This document shows positions 39,208 through 48,670 of a stretch of DNA of 64,000 bases, piece after piece. Each line of letters starts with the position of its first letter. The stretch's first letter is position 1. Under the pieces are notes generated by a model. That model was not told the DNA's origin. It was given only the letters and a program-made list of their open reading frames with translations, and ran no database searches. A program made the translations under genes and the position numbers. Source of the DNA: an uncultured Acidobacteriota bacterium (GTDB taxonomy: Bacteria; Acidobacteriota; Vicinamibacteria; Vicinamibacterales; UBA2999); NCBI GenBank assembly GCA_963724485.1, contig CAVRUW010000009.1:547666-611665 (forward strand), given 5' to 3'.

Positions 39208-39627
39208 TCAGAAGTCTCGACTTGCTGGCAGCACCGGCTTGATATCGAGCACGGGGGTGCCATCGAGCGCTTCGATTGGCCCAATCCGAAGGCGATTCTT
39301 GGAGATCCGACGAATGGTCACTCGATGCAGCCCGATCGGATTGGGACGGTCGGGGGAACGTGTTGCGAACACGCCGGTCAGTGGATTGCGCCGGTCCGAG
39401 CGCGGGTAGACCTTCAGTACGTCTCGCCGCGCCCGGTGGAACCACGTGAGGATGATGACCTCGCTGCCAGCCGTCAGGCGGTGCAGCCCCTCGATCGCAA
39501 AGGCGCTTACTTCGAGCCATGCATCGGGAGCGCCCTCCGCGCCTTGTTTCGGCGCTTCACTCCGTTTCTTCAGTGAAGATCGAATGACGCCAATCGGACG
39601 AACTCGCGCACCGCGCCCATCTTTCAC
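39208..39627 (-). CDS. trmO: TsaA/YaeB-family tRNA methyltransferase (TrmO-like)
   Basis: IGVIRS...., FATRSPDRPNPIGLHRVTI, LDGTPVLDIKP motifs characteristic of the family. Confidence 0.7.
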   Translation of the reverse strand: MKDGRGARVRPIGVIRSSLKKRSEAPKQGAEGAPDAWLEVSAFAIEGLHRLTAGSEVIILTWFHRARRDVLKVYPRSDRRNPLTGVFATRSPDRPNPIGLHRVTIRRISKNRLRIGPIEALDGTPVLDIKPVLPASRDF

Positions 39628-39686
39628 TCGTAACCTCCATCATCCGGATTGTATGAGCGACTCCTCGAGAATTGACGTCGAGATGC

Positions 39687-40115
39687 TTATGGTCGGACCG
39701 CGGCATACTCGTGCGCCACGATCAACGGTGACGGCGAATGACGGACACTAGCCTTCAACTTGCGGCTCGGAGGTCTGAGGGCCCACGATGCAACGGCGAT
39801 GGCGAGGATGACCAGCGGTACGATGGCTTTCACCGCCGCGCTGCCCATCGCGACGTGCGAGAGCGTGGCGCCAGTCAGTTCGAATGCGATGCCGGCGTAC
39901 GCCCACTCCTTCAGCAACGGGAAGCGTGGTGCCAGGATGGCCAGACCGGCAAGCAGCTTCCAGCCGCCGATGATGGAGACGAAATACACGGGATAGCCTA
40001 GTGCGACCACGCCCTGCACGGTGTCCTCAACTCGCAGGAGGTTGGCGAAGCCGCCGGACAGGAATGAAAGAGCGGTCAGAATCGTGGTCGTCCAATAGAC
40101 GACGGGGCGGATCGC
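39687..40115 (-). CDS. DoxX-like family membrane protein, apparently 5'-truncated (no start codon for TM1)
   Basis: In-frame reading AIRPVVYWTTTILTALSFLSGGFANLL..VQGVVALGYPVYF...LKEWAYAGIAFELTGATLSHV. The frame is closed by TAG at 40118-40116 with no ATG/GTG/TTG before the GTG at 40019. Confidence 0.6.
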   Translation of the reverse strand, partial: AIRPVVYWTTTILTALSFLSGGFANLLRVEDTVQGVVALGYPVYFVSIIGGWKLLAGLAILAPRFPLLKEWAYAGIAFELTGATLSHVAMGSAAVKAIVPLVILAIAVASWALRPPSRKLKASVRHSPSPLIVAHEYAAVRP

Positions 40116-40122
40116 CTACCGG

Positions 40123-40923
40123 ATGCTCGGCTCCGCCAACGAGGCAGACGACGCGGTTCAGGAGGCGTGGCTGCGACTCCGGCGGTCCGATACCAGCGGC
40201 GTCGACAATCTCGGCGGTTGGCTCACGACCGTCGTTTCCCGCGTGTGCCTCGACATGCTGCGATCGCGTAAATCGCGACGCGAAGAAGCGTTGAGTCCAG
40301 AAACTCCCGAGCCGATGGTCCGCGCTGACGCCAGCCTCGACCCGGAGCATGGCGCGCTGCTGGCTGACTCGGTCGGCCTTGCACTCATGACGGTGCTCGA
40401 GACCCTACCGCCCGCCGAGCGCGTCGCGTTCGTCCTGCACGACATGTTCGACCTCTCGTTCGATGAAATCGCTCCAATAGTCGGCCGCTCCTCGGTGGCA
40501 GCCCGGCAACTCGCAAGCCGCGCTCGTCGTCGCGTGCAGGGCGCATCGGTATCCGATCCGGATCGCACACGACATCGGGAAGTGGTCGACGCCTTTCTTG
40601 CGGCGTCGCGCGGCGGTAACTTCGATGCGTTGCTGGCGCTACTCGATCCTGACGTTGTCGTACGTGCGGATCAGGCGGCGGTGCAGACCGGAGCGATGGC
40701 AGAGATTCGCGGTGCGATGGATGTCGCGAAGAGCTTCTCCGGACGCGCGAAGTTCGCCCAGATTGCGCTGCTCGACGGAGATGTGGGCGCGGTGTGGGCG
40801 CCTGGTGGCCGGCCCCGTGTGGTGTTTGGCTTCACGATCGAGGGTGGGAAGATCGTATCGATCGACCTGCTCGCTGACCCAGTAACGATTGGCGAGATGA
40901 GCGTCACGGTGTTGAGCGACTGA
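40123..40923 (+). CDS. ECF sigma factor, SigJ-like, with C-terminal SnoaL-like domain; N-terminus apparently truncated
   Basis: (GRIAYR)MLGSANEADDAVQEAWLRLRR...WLTTVVSRVCLDMLRSR..., region 4 ERVAFVLHDMFDLSFDEIAPIVGRSSVAARQLASRAR. Homology extends 5 codons upstream of the first ATG, then hits TAG at 40096-40098. About 10-15 N-terminal residues expected from my recollection of M. tuberculosis SigJ are absent. Confidence 0.75.
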   Translation: MLGSANEADDAVQEAWLRLRRSDTSGVDNLGGWLTTVVSRVCLDMLRSRKSRREEALSPETPEPMVRADASLDPEHGALLADSVGLALMTVLETLPPAERVAFVLHDMFDLSFDEIAPIVGRSSVAARQLASRARRRVQGASVSDPDRTRHREVVDAFLAASRGGNFDALLALLDPDVVVRADQAAVQTGAMAEIRGAMDVAKSFSGRAKFAQIALLDGDVGAVWAPGGRPRVVFGFTIEGGKIVSIDLLADPVTIGEMSVTVLSD

Positions 40924-40951
40924 GAGATCCAGCATGTAAGCTGGAAAGTGA

Positions 40952-42346
40952 ATGCCAGAGTTTCACGCGGAGCCCTACATCTACCTGCCAGCCGTCACAC
41001 ATAAGTCGGTCCTGATTGCCTGGGGTGCCTTCTACTTTCGTGTGACGAGCCGCGACCGGTGGAAGCTGGTGAATGACGAAGACCTGCGGTTCGTTCATCC
41101 GCCACGCAAAGACTCGATCGGTGCGTGTTCGGCACCGTACGGTCCGGCGCATGTCGAGGTCTACGATCGAAGTGGCGCCATGGTGGCGCGCGCGCAGACG
41201 GAGGCCACGAATCACTGTTGGGTCGCCGGGCTGGCGGCCGACACGGATTACACCTACAAGGTTTTCGTGAAATCAGAGGAATGGGCGGCGGGAGAGCGCT
41301 GGGACTGGTCGGCGGAGGAGAAAGCGCTCGTTCATTCAGGCGGCAAGTACGACAATCGCTTTCGCACCTTCCCGGATCCCACGACGGCAGCGAGCTCGTT
41401 GACGTTTGCCGCGATTGGCGACTTCGGCGTCGGCGTGAAGCGTTCCTCGGAGTCGCGACGGCAGCAGCAGGTGGCCAATGCCTTGCGTCAGACAGTCGAT
41501 CGAAACGACGTTCGCCTGGTATTGACCACAGGGGACAACGTCTACGCCGCAAAGAAGCTGCTCGGTGTCCCGCTTGGATCGACTGGCGACCAGGATGACG
41601 ATTGGTTCTTCACTTACTTCCAGCCGTATCGCTACATCATCAATCGCATTCCCGTCTACCCGTCGATTGGTAACCACGACGCCGCTGAATCCGAAGATTG
41701 CGACGATCGCGCGCAGGTTGAAGACAACTTCTATATCGTCGAGCGGATCGCTGGCGAAGAAGCAAGCGGACGGGCCTCGTTTGGCCCTGGTCTCTTCTAT
41801 CGCGTGCGATACGGCTCGACTATCGAGTTCGTCTGCATCGATACCTCGAAGGAGGCTTTCTTCAGCGGGCATCGATTGTTCGAGTTTCCCAAGCACTGGG
41901 CGTTCGTCGAAGCGTCGTTCACGGATGCCGGCGACCAACCCAGGTGGCGCATCCCGTTTGCTCATCACCCGCCCTTCAGCGCCGGGCCGCGGCACTACAA
42001 CACCGTTGGCATGGAGCGCTTGATTCCGTACTTTCGCCGAGCCGGGGTCAGGGTGATGTTCAGTGGCCACGAGCACAACTTTCAACACTCGCGTGTCGAT
42101 GGTATCGATTACTTCGTGACCGGCGCGGCGGGCAAGTTTCGTGGCGGGATCCCCGACCGGTTCGAGGAAGCGCACACGCTGTCGTGGAGCGCTGCGTGCC
42201 ACTTTCTTCTGGTTCGGATCGACGGCGATCGAATGGTGGTTCGCGCCGTCGGAGAACAGTCGGATCCGTCGGCCTCGCCGTCCGACATCGTGCGACGAGA
42301 CCGGAGCGGCAATCCGGTAGAGGCGCCGATGGAGATTCGACGGTAG
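40952..42346 (+). CDS. Calcineurin-like metallophosphoesterase (purple-acid-phosphatase-like)
   Basis: FAAIGDFG, TGDNVYA, SIGNHD, FAHHPP, SGHEHNFQH. Confidence 0.8.
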   Translation: MPEFHAEPYIYLPAVTHKSVLIAWGAFYFRVTSRDRWKLVNDEDLRFVHPPRKDSIGACSAPYGPAHVEVYDRSGAMVARAQTEATNHCWVAGLAADTDYTYKVFVKSEEWAAGERWDWSAEEKALVHSGGKYDNRFRTFPDPTTAASSLTFAAIGDFGVGVKRSSESRRQQQVANALRQTVDRNDVRLVLTTGDNVYAAKKLLGVPLGSTGDQDDDWFFTYFQPYRYIINRIPVYPSIGNHDAAESEDCDDRAQVEDNFYIVERIAGEEASGRASFGPGLFYRVRYGSTIEFVCIDTSKEAFFSGHRLFEFPKHWAFVEASFTDAGDQPRWRIPFAHHPPFSAGPRHYNTVGMERLIPYFRRAGVRVMFSGHEHNFQHSRVDGIDYFVTGAAGKFRGGIPDRFEEAHTLSWSAACHFLLVRIDGDRMVVRAVGEQSDPSASPSDIVRRDRSGNPVEAPMEIRR

Positions 42347-42371
42347 TCGTGCGTCGGATTGAAGCCTGCGC

Positions 42372-43436
42372 GTGAGCCTCCGCGAAGCCTTGCTCTACGT
42401 GGTGGTCGCGCTCATCGCGATCCTGGTGGCCCGCGTCCTGCTCGGTGGACTCTGGCGCGGTGTTGGTCTCTACCGGATTCGGCGGGCCGGACCTCGACCG
42501 CTGCACGCTTCAACGCATCGCATCTGGCGTGAGCCGGCTCCCGTGGAGAACCTCGATCCGATTCATGGGCCCGGAGGTCGCGACGGCGCGCCGCTCCCGC
42601 CGTTCGGGTTTCTGCAGGAGCACTTCACCGGTTCTCAACCCTGCGTCTCGGTGAGGGACGGTCGTGGACGGGTGTGGCGAGTGAAGTGGGGCGACGAAGT
42701 GCGGAGCGAAACGTTTGCCGTCAGGTTTGCCTGGTCGTGTGGGTACTTCGCCGAGGTGACGTATTTCGTGCCCGTCGGAACCATCCGTGGTGCGACAGAG
42801 CTACGGCGCGTACGGCCGATGATCGAGACGGAGACGGGTGCCTTCCGCGACGCGCGATTCGAGCTCGACGATCCAGCCGTCAACAAGATGTTCGAGGAAC
42901 ACAGTTGGTCGTGGGTTGAGAATCCGTTCGTCGGCACGGCGGAACTAAGCGGCTTGAAGATAGTCGTGATGCTCCTGTCGAATTGGGACACCAAGGATCG
43001 CCGCGACGTCGCTCGTGGGTCGAACACGGCCATCTTCGAACACCGCCTCGCGAACGGAAGACGCGAAGCGCGCTACCTGCTCACCGATTGGGGAGGGTCG
43101 ATGGGGCGCTGGGGATCGAACCTCGCAACGCGAGGACGGTGGGACGTTGCCGGTTACGAAGAACAGACACCGCAGTTTGTGCTCGGGACCAAGGACAACG
43201 TGTTGCTGTTCAGCTACGCCGGACAACGGACCGCGGACATCGCCGGCGACATCCCAATTGAGCATGCGAAGTGGTTTGAGCGCTACGCGCGACAGCTGAG
43301 CGAGCAGTACCTCAAGGAAGCGCTGTCGGCAAGTGGGGCGACGCACGACGAAGCGACACGATTTGCGCGTGCGCTCAGGAATCGCATCCGGCAACTCGGA
43401 GATGCCGTTCGCGCCGAGCCGTCATCTCCTTCGTAA
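42372..43436 (+). CDS. N-terminally membrane-anchored hypothetical protein with kinase-like motif spacing
   Basis: TM helix LLYVVVALIAILVARVLLGGLW. WRVKWGDEVRSETFAVRFAWSCGY, VMLLSNWDTKDRRDVARGSN, LLTDWGGSMG. No family recognised. Confidence 0.4.
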   Translation: MSLREALLYVVVALIAILVARVLLGGLWRGVGLYRIRRAGPRPLHASTHRIWREPAPVENLDPIHGPGGRDGAPLPPFGFLQEHFTGSQPCVSVRDGRGRVWRVKWGDEVRSETFAVRFAWSCGYFAEVTYFVPVGTIRGATELRRVRPMIETETGAFRDARFELDDPAVNKMFEEHSWSWVENPFVGTAELSGLKIVVMLLSNWDTKDRRDVARGSNTAIFEHRLANGRREARYLLTDWGGSMGRWGSNLATRGRWDVAGYEEQTPQFVLGTKDNVLLFSYAGQRTADIAGDIPIEHAKWFERYARQLSEQYLKEALSASGATHDEATRFARALRNRIRQLGDAVRAEPSSPS

Positions 43437-43462
43437 CGCCGGCACATATAATTGGCGCCTTC

Positions 43463-45613
43463 ATGTCCCTCAGTTCGGGCACTCGACTAGGACCGTACGA
43501 AATCGTTTCGCCTCTCGGCCGCGGCGGCATGGGCGAAGTCTGGAAAGCACTCGATACCCGCCTGGATCGCATTGTCGCGATCAAGAAACTCGATAGCGGC
43601 CATTCTGAAGGCTTCGAGAGCGAAGCGCGCACGATAGCCGCGCTGAATCATCCGAACATTTGCACGTTGTACGACATCGGTCCGGATTTTCTCGTCATGG
43701 AGTTCATCGACGGAGCGCCGTTGAGCGGCCCGATGACCCTCGAAGATTCCCTGTCGTTCGGCCAGCAGATTGCAGCCGCACTCGAGGCAGCCCACGATCG
43801 AGGCATCCTCCATCGCGATCTCAAACCGGCCAATGTCCTGATGTCGGGACGAACGGCCAAGCTGCTTGATTTCGGGATCGCGCAGAGGACAGGCCCGGGG
43901 GATGCGGACGTTACGCAGCCTCGCTTCCACCTGGTGACCGGCACCGCCGGCTACATGTCGCCAGAACAAGCGCAAGGCCAGGCGCTCGATTCGCGTTCCG
44001 ACATCTTCAGTTTCGGGATCGTTCTCTACGAGCTCGTATCGGGCGCGCGCCCGTTCAAGGGCGAATCGGTCGTCGAGGTCGTGAGTGCGTTGCTACGGGA
44101 CGATCCGGCGCCGCTGCAAACTGACGAACGTCTCGCCCAGATCATCACGCGATGCCTCCAGAAGCGACCGGAGGAACGATTCCAACGGATGAGTGACGTC
44201 CGAGAAGCCCTGTCGGCGGTCATCGCAGGTCGACCTGATGCGCGGCCCTCCATTGCCGTCTTGCCTTTCGCCGATCTCAGCCCGGGACGCGACCACGAGT
44301 ACTTCAGCGACGGGCTCGCCGACGAAATCATCAATGTGCTGGCCCAGATTCCGGGTTTGAAGGTGATTGCCCGGACATCATCATTTGCCTTCAAGGGACA
44401 ACACACCGACATCCGCCGCGTTGCAGAAATGCTCGGCGTGGCGGCAGTGCTCGAGGGCAGCGTTCGCAAGGCTGGCAACAGGATTCGCGTCATCGCGCAG
44501 CTCATCACCGCCAAGGACGGAAGTCAGTTGTGGTCCGAACGCTACGACCGCAATCTCGAAGACATCTTCGAAGTGCAGGACCAGATTGCAGAGGCGATCG
44601 GGAGCGCGTTGAGGGCGACGCTCGAGAAGGAAACCAGCCGCGGTCGGAAATACATTCCCTCCATCGCCGCCTATGACGCGTACCTCAAGGCGCGTCATCA
44701 TCAATGGCGCCTCACGCCGGAATCGATGGCGCTCACCCGAGGCTATCTCGAGAGCGCAATCGCCCTGGATCCGCGGTTCGCGATGGCGCACTTCCGCTTG
44801 AGCGGGTACTACTTTGGTCTCACGATGATGGGCATCCTGCCGGGACGGGAAGCCGCCCCGATCATTCGTGCCGGACTCCAGCGCGCATTGGATCTGGATC
44901 CCTCACTCGCCGAGGCTCACGCTCTTCTCGGCATTCTCGCGGCAGTCCACGACTTCGACTGGAGCGAGGCCGATCGCTGTTTCGCAGCGGCGCGAGCTCG
45001 GGAACCGATCCCGTCCGAGGTCCGGGGGATGCACGCGGTGTTCCTCCATGCCCGCGGGTCGTCGCCCGAGGCGGTCGAACAACTACGGCCGGCCTTGAGC
45101 GAGGATCCGTTGTCGGTGATTCTGCACCACCAGATGGGAGTCTGCTTGTTGGCCGGTGGGCGTGCCCTCGAGGCTCGGGCGCAGTTCAGCGAGGCCCTCA
45201 GGCTCGAGCCGACGTTCGCCATCTCACAAGCGCTCAGAGCCGCAAGCTATCTCGCGGAAGGCCAGATTTCGCAGGCGCTAGCTGACGCGGAGCAGACCCA
45301 CACCATGATCTCGAACGATCCGGCGTCGGTCGGCCTCCTGGCGGGTCTGCTCGACCTGTCAGGTGACAAGACACGTGCCATGGCACTCCTGAAAGATCTC
45401 CAAGCGAGCGGCCGATACGGTACGTCCATGGCTCGGGCAATCCACGCCATGATTTCGGGAGACCTCGAAGGCGCCGCCGCCGCGGTCGAGCAAGCCTTGT
45501 TGGAGCGATATTTCCCGGCGTTGGTTTTCATGCGGTTGCCATTCGGGGACGCGCTGCGGGCGAGTGCTCATTGGCCGAAGATCGTCACGATGATGAACTT
45601 GCCGACTGTCTAG
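43463..45613 (+). CDS. Hanks-type Ser/Thr protein kinase with C-terminal periplasmic-like module and TPR region
   Basis: GRGGMGEVWKA, VAIKKL, HRDLKPANVL, DFGIA, GTAGYMSPE. Then IAVLPFADLSPGRDHEYFSDGLADEIINVL...LEGSVRKAGNRIRVIAQLI and TPR-like helices. Confidence 0.9.
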   Translation: MSLSSGTRLGPYEIVSPLGRGGMGEVWKALDTRLDRIVAIKKLDSGHSEGFESEARTIAALNHPNICTLYDIGPDFLVMEFIDGAPLSGPMTLEDSLSFGQQIAAALEAAHDRGILHRDLKPANVLMSGRTAKLLDFGIAQRTGPGDADVTQPRFHLVTGTAGYMSPEQAQGQALDSRSDIFSFGIVLYELVSGARPFKGESVVEVVSALLRDDPAPLQTDERLAQIITRCLQKRPEERFQRMSDVREALSAVIAGRPDARPSIAVLPFADLSPGRDHEYFSDGLADEIINVLAQIPGLKVIARTSSFAFKGQHTDIRRVAEMLGVAAVLEGSVRKAGNRIRVIAQLITAKDGSQLWSERYDRNLEDIFEVQDQIAEAIGSALRATLEKETSRGRKYIPSIAAYDAYLKARHHQWRLTPESMALTRGYLESAIALDPRFAMAHFRLSGYYFGLTMMGILPGREAAPIIRAGLQRALDLDPSLAEAHALLGILAAVHDFDWSEADRCFAAARAREPIPSEVRGMHAVFLHARGSSPEAVEQLRPALSEDPLSVILHHQMGVCLLAGGRALEARAQFSEALRLEPTFAISQALRAASYLAEGQISQALADAEQTHTMISNDPASVGLLAGLLDLSGDKTRAMALLKDLQASGRYGTSMARAIHAMISGDLEGAAAAVEQALLERYFPALVFMRLPFGDALRASAHWPKIVTMMNLPTV

Positions 45614-45662
45614 ACTCCACCCGGAATTCCGCTTCAGCTCCTCCACAGAGTAAGCTCACGGC

Positions 45663-46772
45663 ATGTCTTGCAAACGCTTTGTGCCCCTGGCGGCGCGTCC
45701 CCGTTGTGGAGTCCTCAGTCTCTGTGTGCTGTCCGCCTTTCTTTTCGCGTGTCGGACGGCGCCGGCATCGAGTTCCCCGACGGTTGCCGTCACGGCCGAC
45801 ACGTGGGCCGTCGTCAACGGGCGCGAGATCAAGCGGGACGAGATCGAAAAAGCCTTCCGGCGGGTGTCGCAGCCCGGGCAACCGCTATCCGACGAAGAGG
45901 CACTCACCGCCAAGCTCACCGTCCTCAACGACTTCATCGTGCAGGACATCCTGTTGGCGAAGGCGCGCGAACTGAAGGTCGAGCTGCAGGACAAAGAACT
46001 GGACACCGCATTCGCGGAGGCCAAGAAGAATATTCCGGACGAGACGTTTCAGCAGCAACTGACCCGGCGCAACCTGAGCCCCGCCGATATGCGTGAAGGG
46101 CTTCGTCGCGAGCTGCTCTCGCAGAAGGTCATCGAGCGGGAGGTGACGTCCAAGATCAGCATCACCGACCAGGACATCAGCGACTTCTACAACGCGAACA
46201 AGGCGCAGTTCAACTTCGCCGAAGAGGCGTTTCGCCTCGCGCAGATCGTCGTGACCCCGGTTCGAGATCCCCAGGTGAACAATCAGACTGGAGACGATGC
46301 GACGACGCCACAAACGGCGATGAGCAAGGCACAGATGTTGATGACGCGCCTGAAGGAAGGCGCCGCGTTTGGTGACCTGGCTCGCGACTTCTCGGAGGAC
46401 CCGGAGACCGCGGCGCGTGGTGGCGATCTCGGGTTCATGCCGCTGTCAGCCCTGAAGCAGGCGCCGCCGGCGTTGAGGGATGCCGTGATGAAGCTCTCCC
46501 CAGGCTCAGTTCGTGTCGTGAGCGTAGGCGGCGCACACACCATCGTGCTGCTGGTCGCACGCGAACCTGCCGGGCAGCGCGATCTCTCGACGCCTGGCGT
46601 TCGCGAGAACATCACGAATGCGCTCCGCGGCCGCAGGGAGCAGCTGCTTCGGACCGCCTATCTCAGCGCAGTCCGCAGCGATGCGAAAGTCGAGAACTAC
46701 CTCGCGCGACGGTTGGTCGAATCGCAAGGAAAGATGCCAAGCCTGGGGCCATCGGCACCAGCCGGCAGGTAA
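45663..46772 (+). CDS. SurA/PpiD-like peptidyl-prolyl isomerase (parvulin type) lipoprotein
   Basis: Lipobox LSAFLFAC. SurA_N-like helical region. Parvulin core FGDLARDFSEDPETAARGGDLGFMPLSAL. Confidence 0.8.
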   Translation: MSCKRFVPLAARPRCGVLSLCVLSAFLFACRTAPASSSPTVAVTADTWAVVNGREIKRDEIEKAFRRVSQPGQPLSDEEALTAKLTVLNDFIVQDILLAKARELKVELQDKELDTAFAEAKKNIPDETFQQQLTRRNLSPADMREGLRRELLSQKVIEREVTSKISITDQDISDFYNANKAQFNFAEEAFRLAQIVVTPVRDPQVNNQTGDDATTPQTAMSKAQMLMTRLKEGAAFGDLARDFSEDPETAARGGDLGFMPLSALKQAPPALRDAVMKLSPGSVRVVSVGGAHTIVLLVAREPAGQRDLSTPGVRENITNALRGRREQLLRTAYLSAVRSDAKVENYLARRLVESQGKMPSLGPSAPAGR

Positions 46773-46790
46773 CCAGTGCGAACGCGATAA

Positions 46791-47450
46791 TCAGGGGATT
46801 TGAATCGTGTCTCCTTGGCGAGGCACGACACAGTTCGTCCGGCACTCCGGAACGCTTTCACCCGCCTCGTGGTGATAGATCACGATTCGCCGGGCGTCGA
46901 TTCGCTGGTTGCGCTTGAGCGCCGATCGATACAGCCACGGCGAGATGAATGCGACATCGAGATTTTTCAAAGTCCCGAGGTGATCGACGCTTTCGGTGTC
47001 GCCGCTGAAGTAGAGCCGGCGGCCGTGCCAGGTGAGAACGTACGAGTAGTGACCGATCGAGGCGTGCGGTGTCTCGATCGGTTCAATCTGAACGGTGCCA
47101 AACGTCGCTCCACGCGCCAAAGGCAAGACCCGCGAGGCGGGGACGTTAGCGATCACGTCGAGCGGCCCGGCGACATTCCACCCGGTCTTGTCCGACAGCG
47201 CGGGATCCCAGTGGTCGAGATGACGGTGCGTGATCAGCGAAAGCGTGCTGGGAGTGGCCGAGCGAATTTCATCGGCGGGATAGGTCATGTAGCGGCTGTA
47301 CCCGGATTGATACGGGAAGTCGGTCATCACAGTGACGGCGCCATCGCTGATGGCGATGGCCATGTTGCCAATGAAACGCGCTTCAAGCGGAGCGGGCTGC
47401 GGGAGCCAGGCGAGTGCGGCGAGGAGTATCGGGAGAACGCGCACGGTCAT
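46791..47450 (-). CDS. MBL-fold metallo-hydrolase
   Basis: Signal peptide. LITHRHLDHWD (HxHxDH), later HASIGHYSY and FSGDT. Confidence 0.8.
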   Translation of the reverse strand: MTVRVLPILLAALAWLPQPAPLEARFIGNMAIAISDGAVTVMTDFPYQSGYSRYMTYPADEIRSATPSTLSLITHRHLDHWDPALSDKTGWNVAGPLDVIANVPASRVLPLARGATFGTVQIEPIETPHASIGHYSYVLTWHGRRLYFSGDTESVDHLGTLKNLDVAFISPWLYRSALKRNQRIDARRIVIYHHEAGESVPECRTNCVVPRQGDTIQIP

Positions 47451-47514
47451 GTCGATCTGGGCCGGCGGCGATTCTATGGTCCGCGGCCGAATGCTTCAAT
47501 TCATCTCGAGCCGG

Positions 47515-48405
47515 TCAAGGAGCGACGGTACCTCGAGCAGCCCATGCACGCGCCTTGAGCTCGATTGGACGATCGGCCCCGTCACCCAGGAGGCGCCGGC
47601 GCAATCGCAGGCGCAGCTGTTCGCGCTCGGCCACCGTGAGCATTGCGGCGAAAGCGCCCGCCGGGCCCTGCTTGTCGAGAAACGGCGCCCAGTAGTCATC
47701 GAACGACGAGAACCGCAGCGGAATCGTCAGCGCCTCTTCTGTCACGTTTTGCAGTCCATGCTTTTTCCACAACGCGCCAAGTTCGCCCTGGCGGCAGAAC
47801 GGCATGTTGCGCTCGTCACGAGCAGCCAGATCGGGCTTTAGAGCAATCGCCTCATCCCAGAACACGCGGAGCATCTCCATATCGCCGCCGTAGTCCCACA
47901 CGGCCGCTGCGATCGTGCCTCCAGGACGCGTGACGCGGATCATTTCGGCAACGGCTTTTCCGGGGTCAGGGATGAAATTGAGCACCAGGAGGGACACTGT
48001 TCGGTCGAACTGCCGGTTCTCGAACTTCAGGTCCTGGCCGTCCCCGACTTCGAATCGCACGCGATCCCCGAGACGAAGTGACTGGGCAAAACGGACATAG
48101 GACGCCGACGGATCGATGCCGACGACTCGACTCGACGGAGCGGCCGACGCAATAGCCGCGGTCAGCTTGCCGGTACCCGAGCCAACGTCGAGAACGGCGT
48201 CGCCATCCCGAACACCGGCAAAGCGGACCAGGAGTGGAGCCAGGTCGCCGCTCCACCTGCCCATGAATCGCTCGTAGGCCTCACCTTCAGAGAACAAGGC
48301 TGTCTGGGTCTGTAAAGTGGCGTTGATCTCGAGCGGTCCAACTATCGCCACCGCGATAAGCACCGCGATCGAATGGACCACTGCTGAACTGATTGATTGT
48401 GGCAT
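47515..48405 (-). CDS. Class I SAM-dependent methyltransferase (Methyltransf_11-like) with N-terminal hydrophobic segment
   Basis: AAGGTGAG SD. VLDVGSGTGKLT motif I. RPGGTIAAAVWD. Confidence 0.8.
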   Translation of the reverse strand: MPQSISSAVVHSIAVLIAVAIVGPLEINATLQTQTALFSEGEAYERFMGRWSGDLAPLLVRFAGVRDGDAVLDVGSGTGKLTAAIASAAPSSRVVGIDPSASYVRFAQSLRLGDRVRFEVGDGQDLKFENRQFDRTVSLLVLNFIPDPGKAVAEMIRVTRPGGTIAAAVWDYGGDMEMLRVFWDEAIALKPDLAARDERNMPFCRQGELGALWKKHGLQNVTEEALTIPLRFSSFDDYWAPFLDKQGPAGAFAAMLTVAEREQLRLRLRRRLLGDGADRPIELKARAWAARGTVAP

Positions 48406-48620
48406 GGCTACTCACCTTCGGCAGACGCGACAAAAACAGGCCGTCGTAGCGACCAGTGGCCGACGCGGCGTCCAGCTGTTTGGCAGTCGCGGACATCACC
48501 TGCGGATCGCCGTCAGTATCCATCGAGACAAGCGTACCGACGGCGTCCCCAGAACCCCGTCGCTCAGCTGCCCGCCGTTCACACGAACGTTACGGCGAGA
48601 GGCGCGTGGGATAACAGTTT

Positions 48621-48650
48621 TTGACATTTAAGGCTAATTCTTGCTATTTT
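48621..48650 (+). promoter_or_regulatory. Sigma-70-like promoter candidate for the RHH-NUDIX-CHAD-ParA operon
   Basis: TTGACA (48621-48626), 18-nt AT-rich spacer, TATTTT (48645-48650), 20 nt before the ATG at 48671. This is the only AT-rich patch in a 265-bp intergenic region. Confidence 0.4.
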
Positions 48651-48670
48651 GCGAGCGCGGCCCTTTCTGA

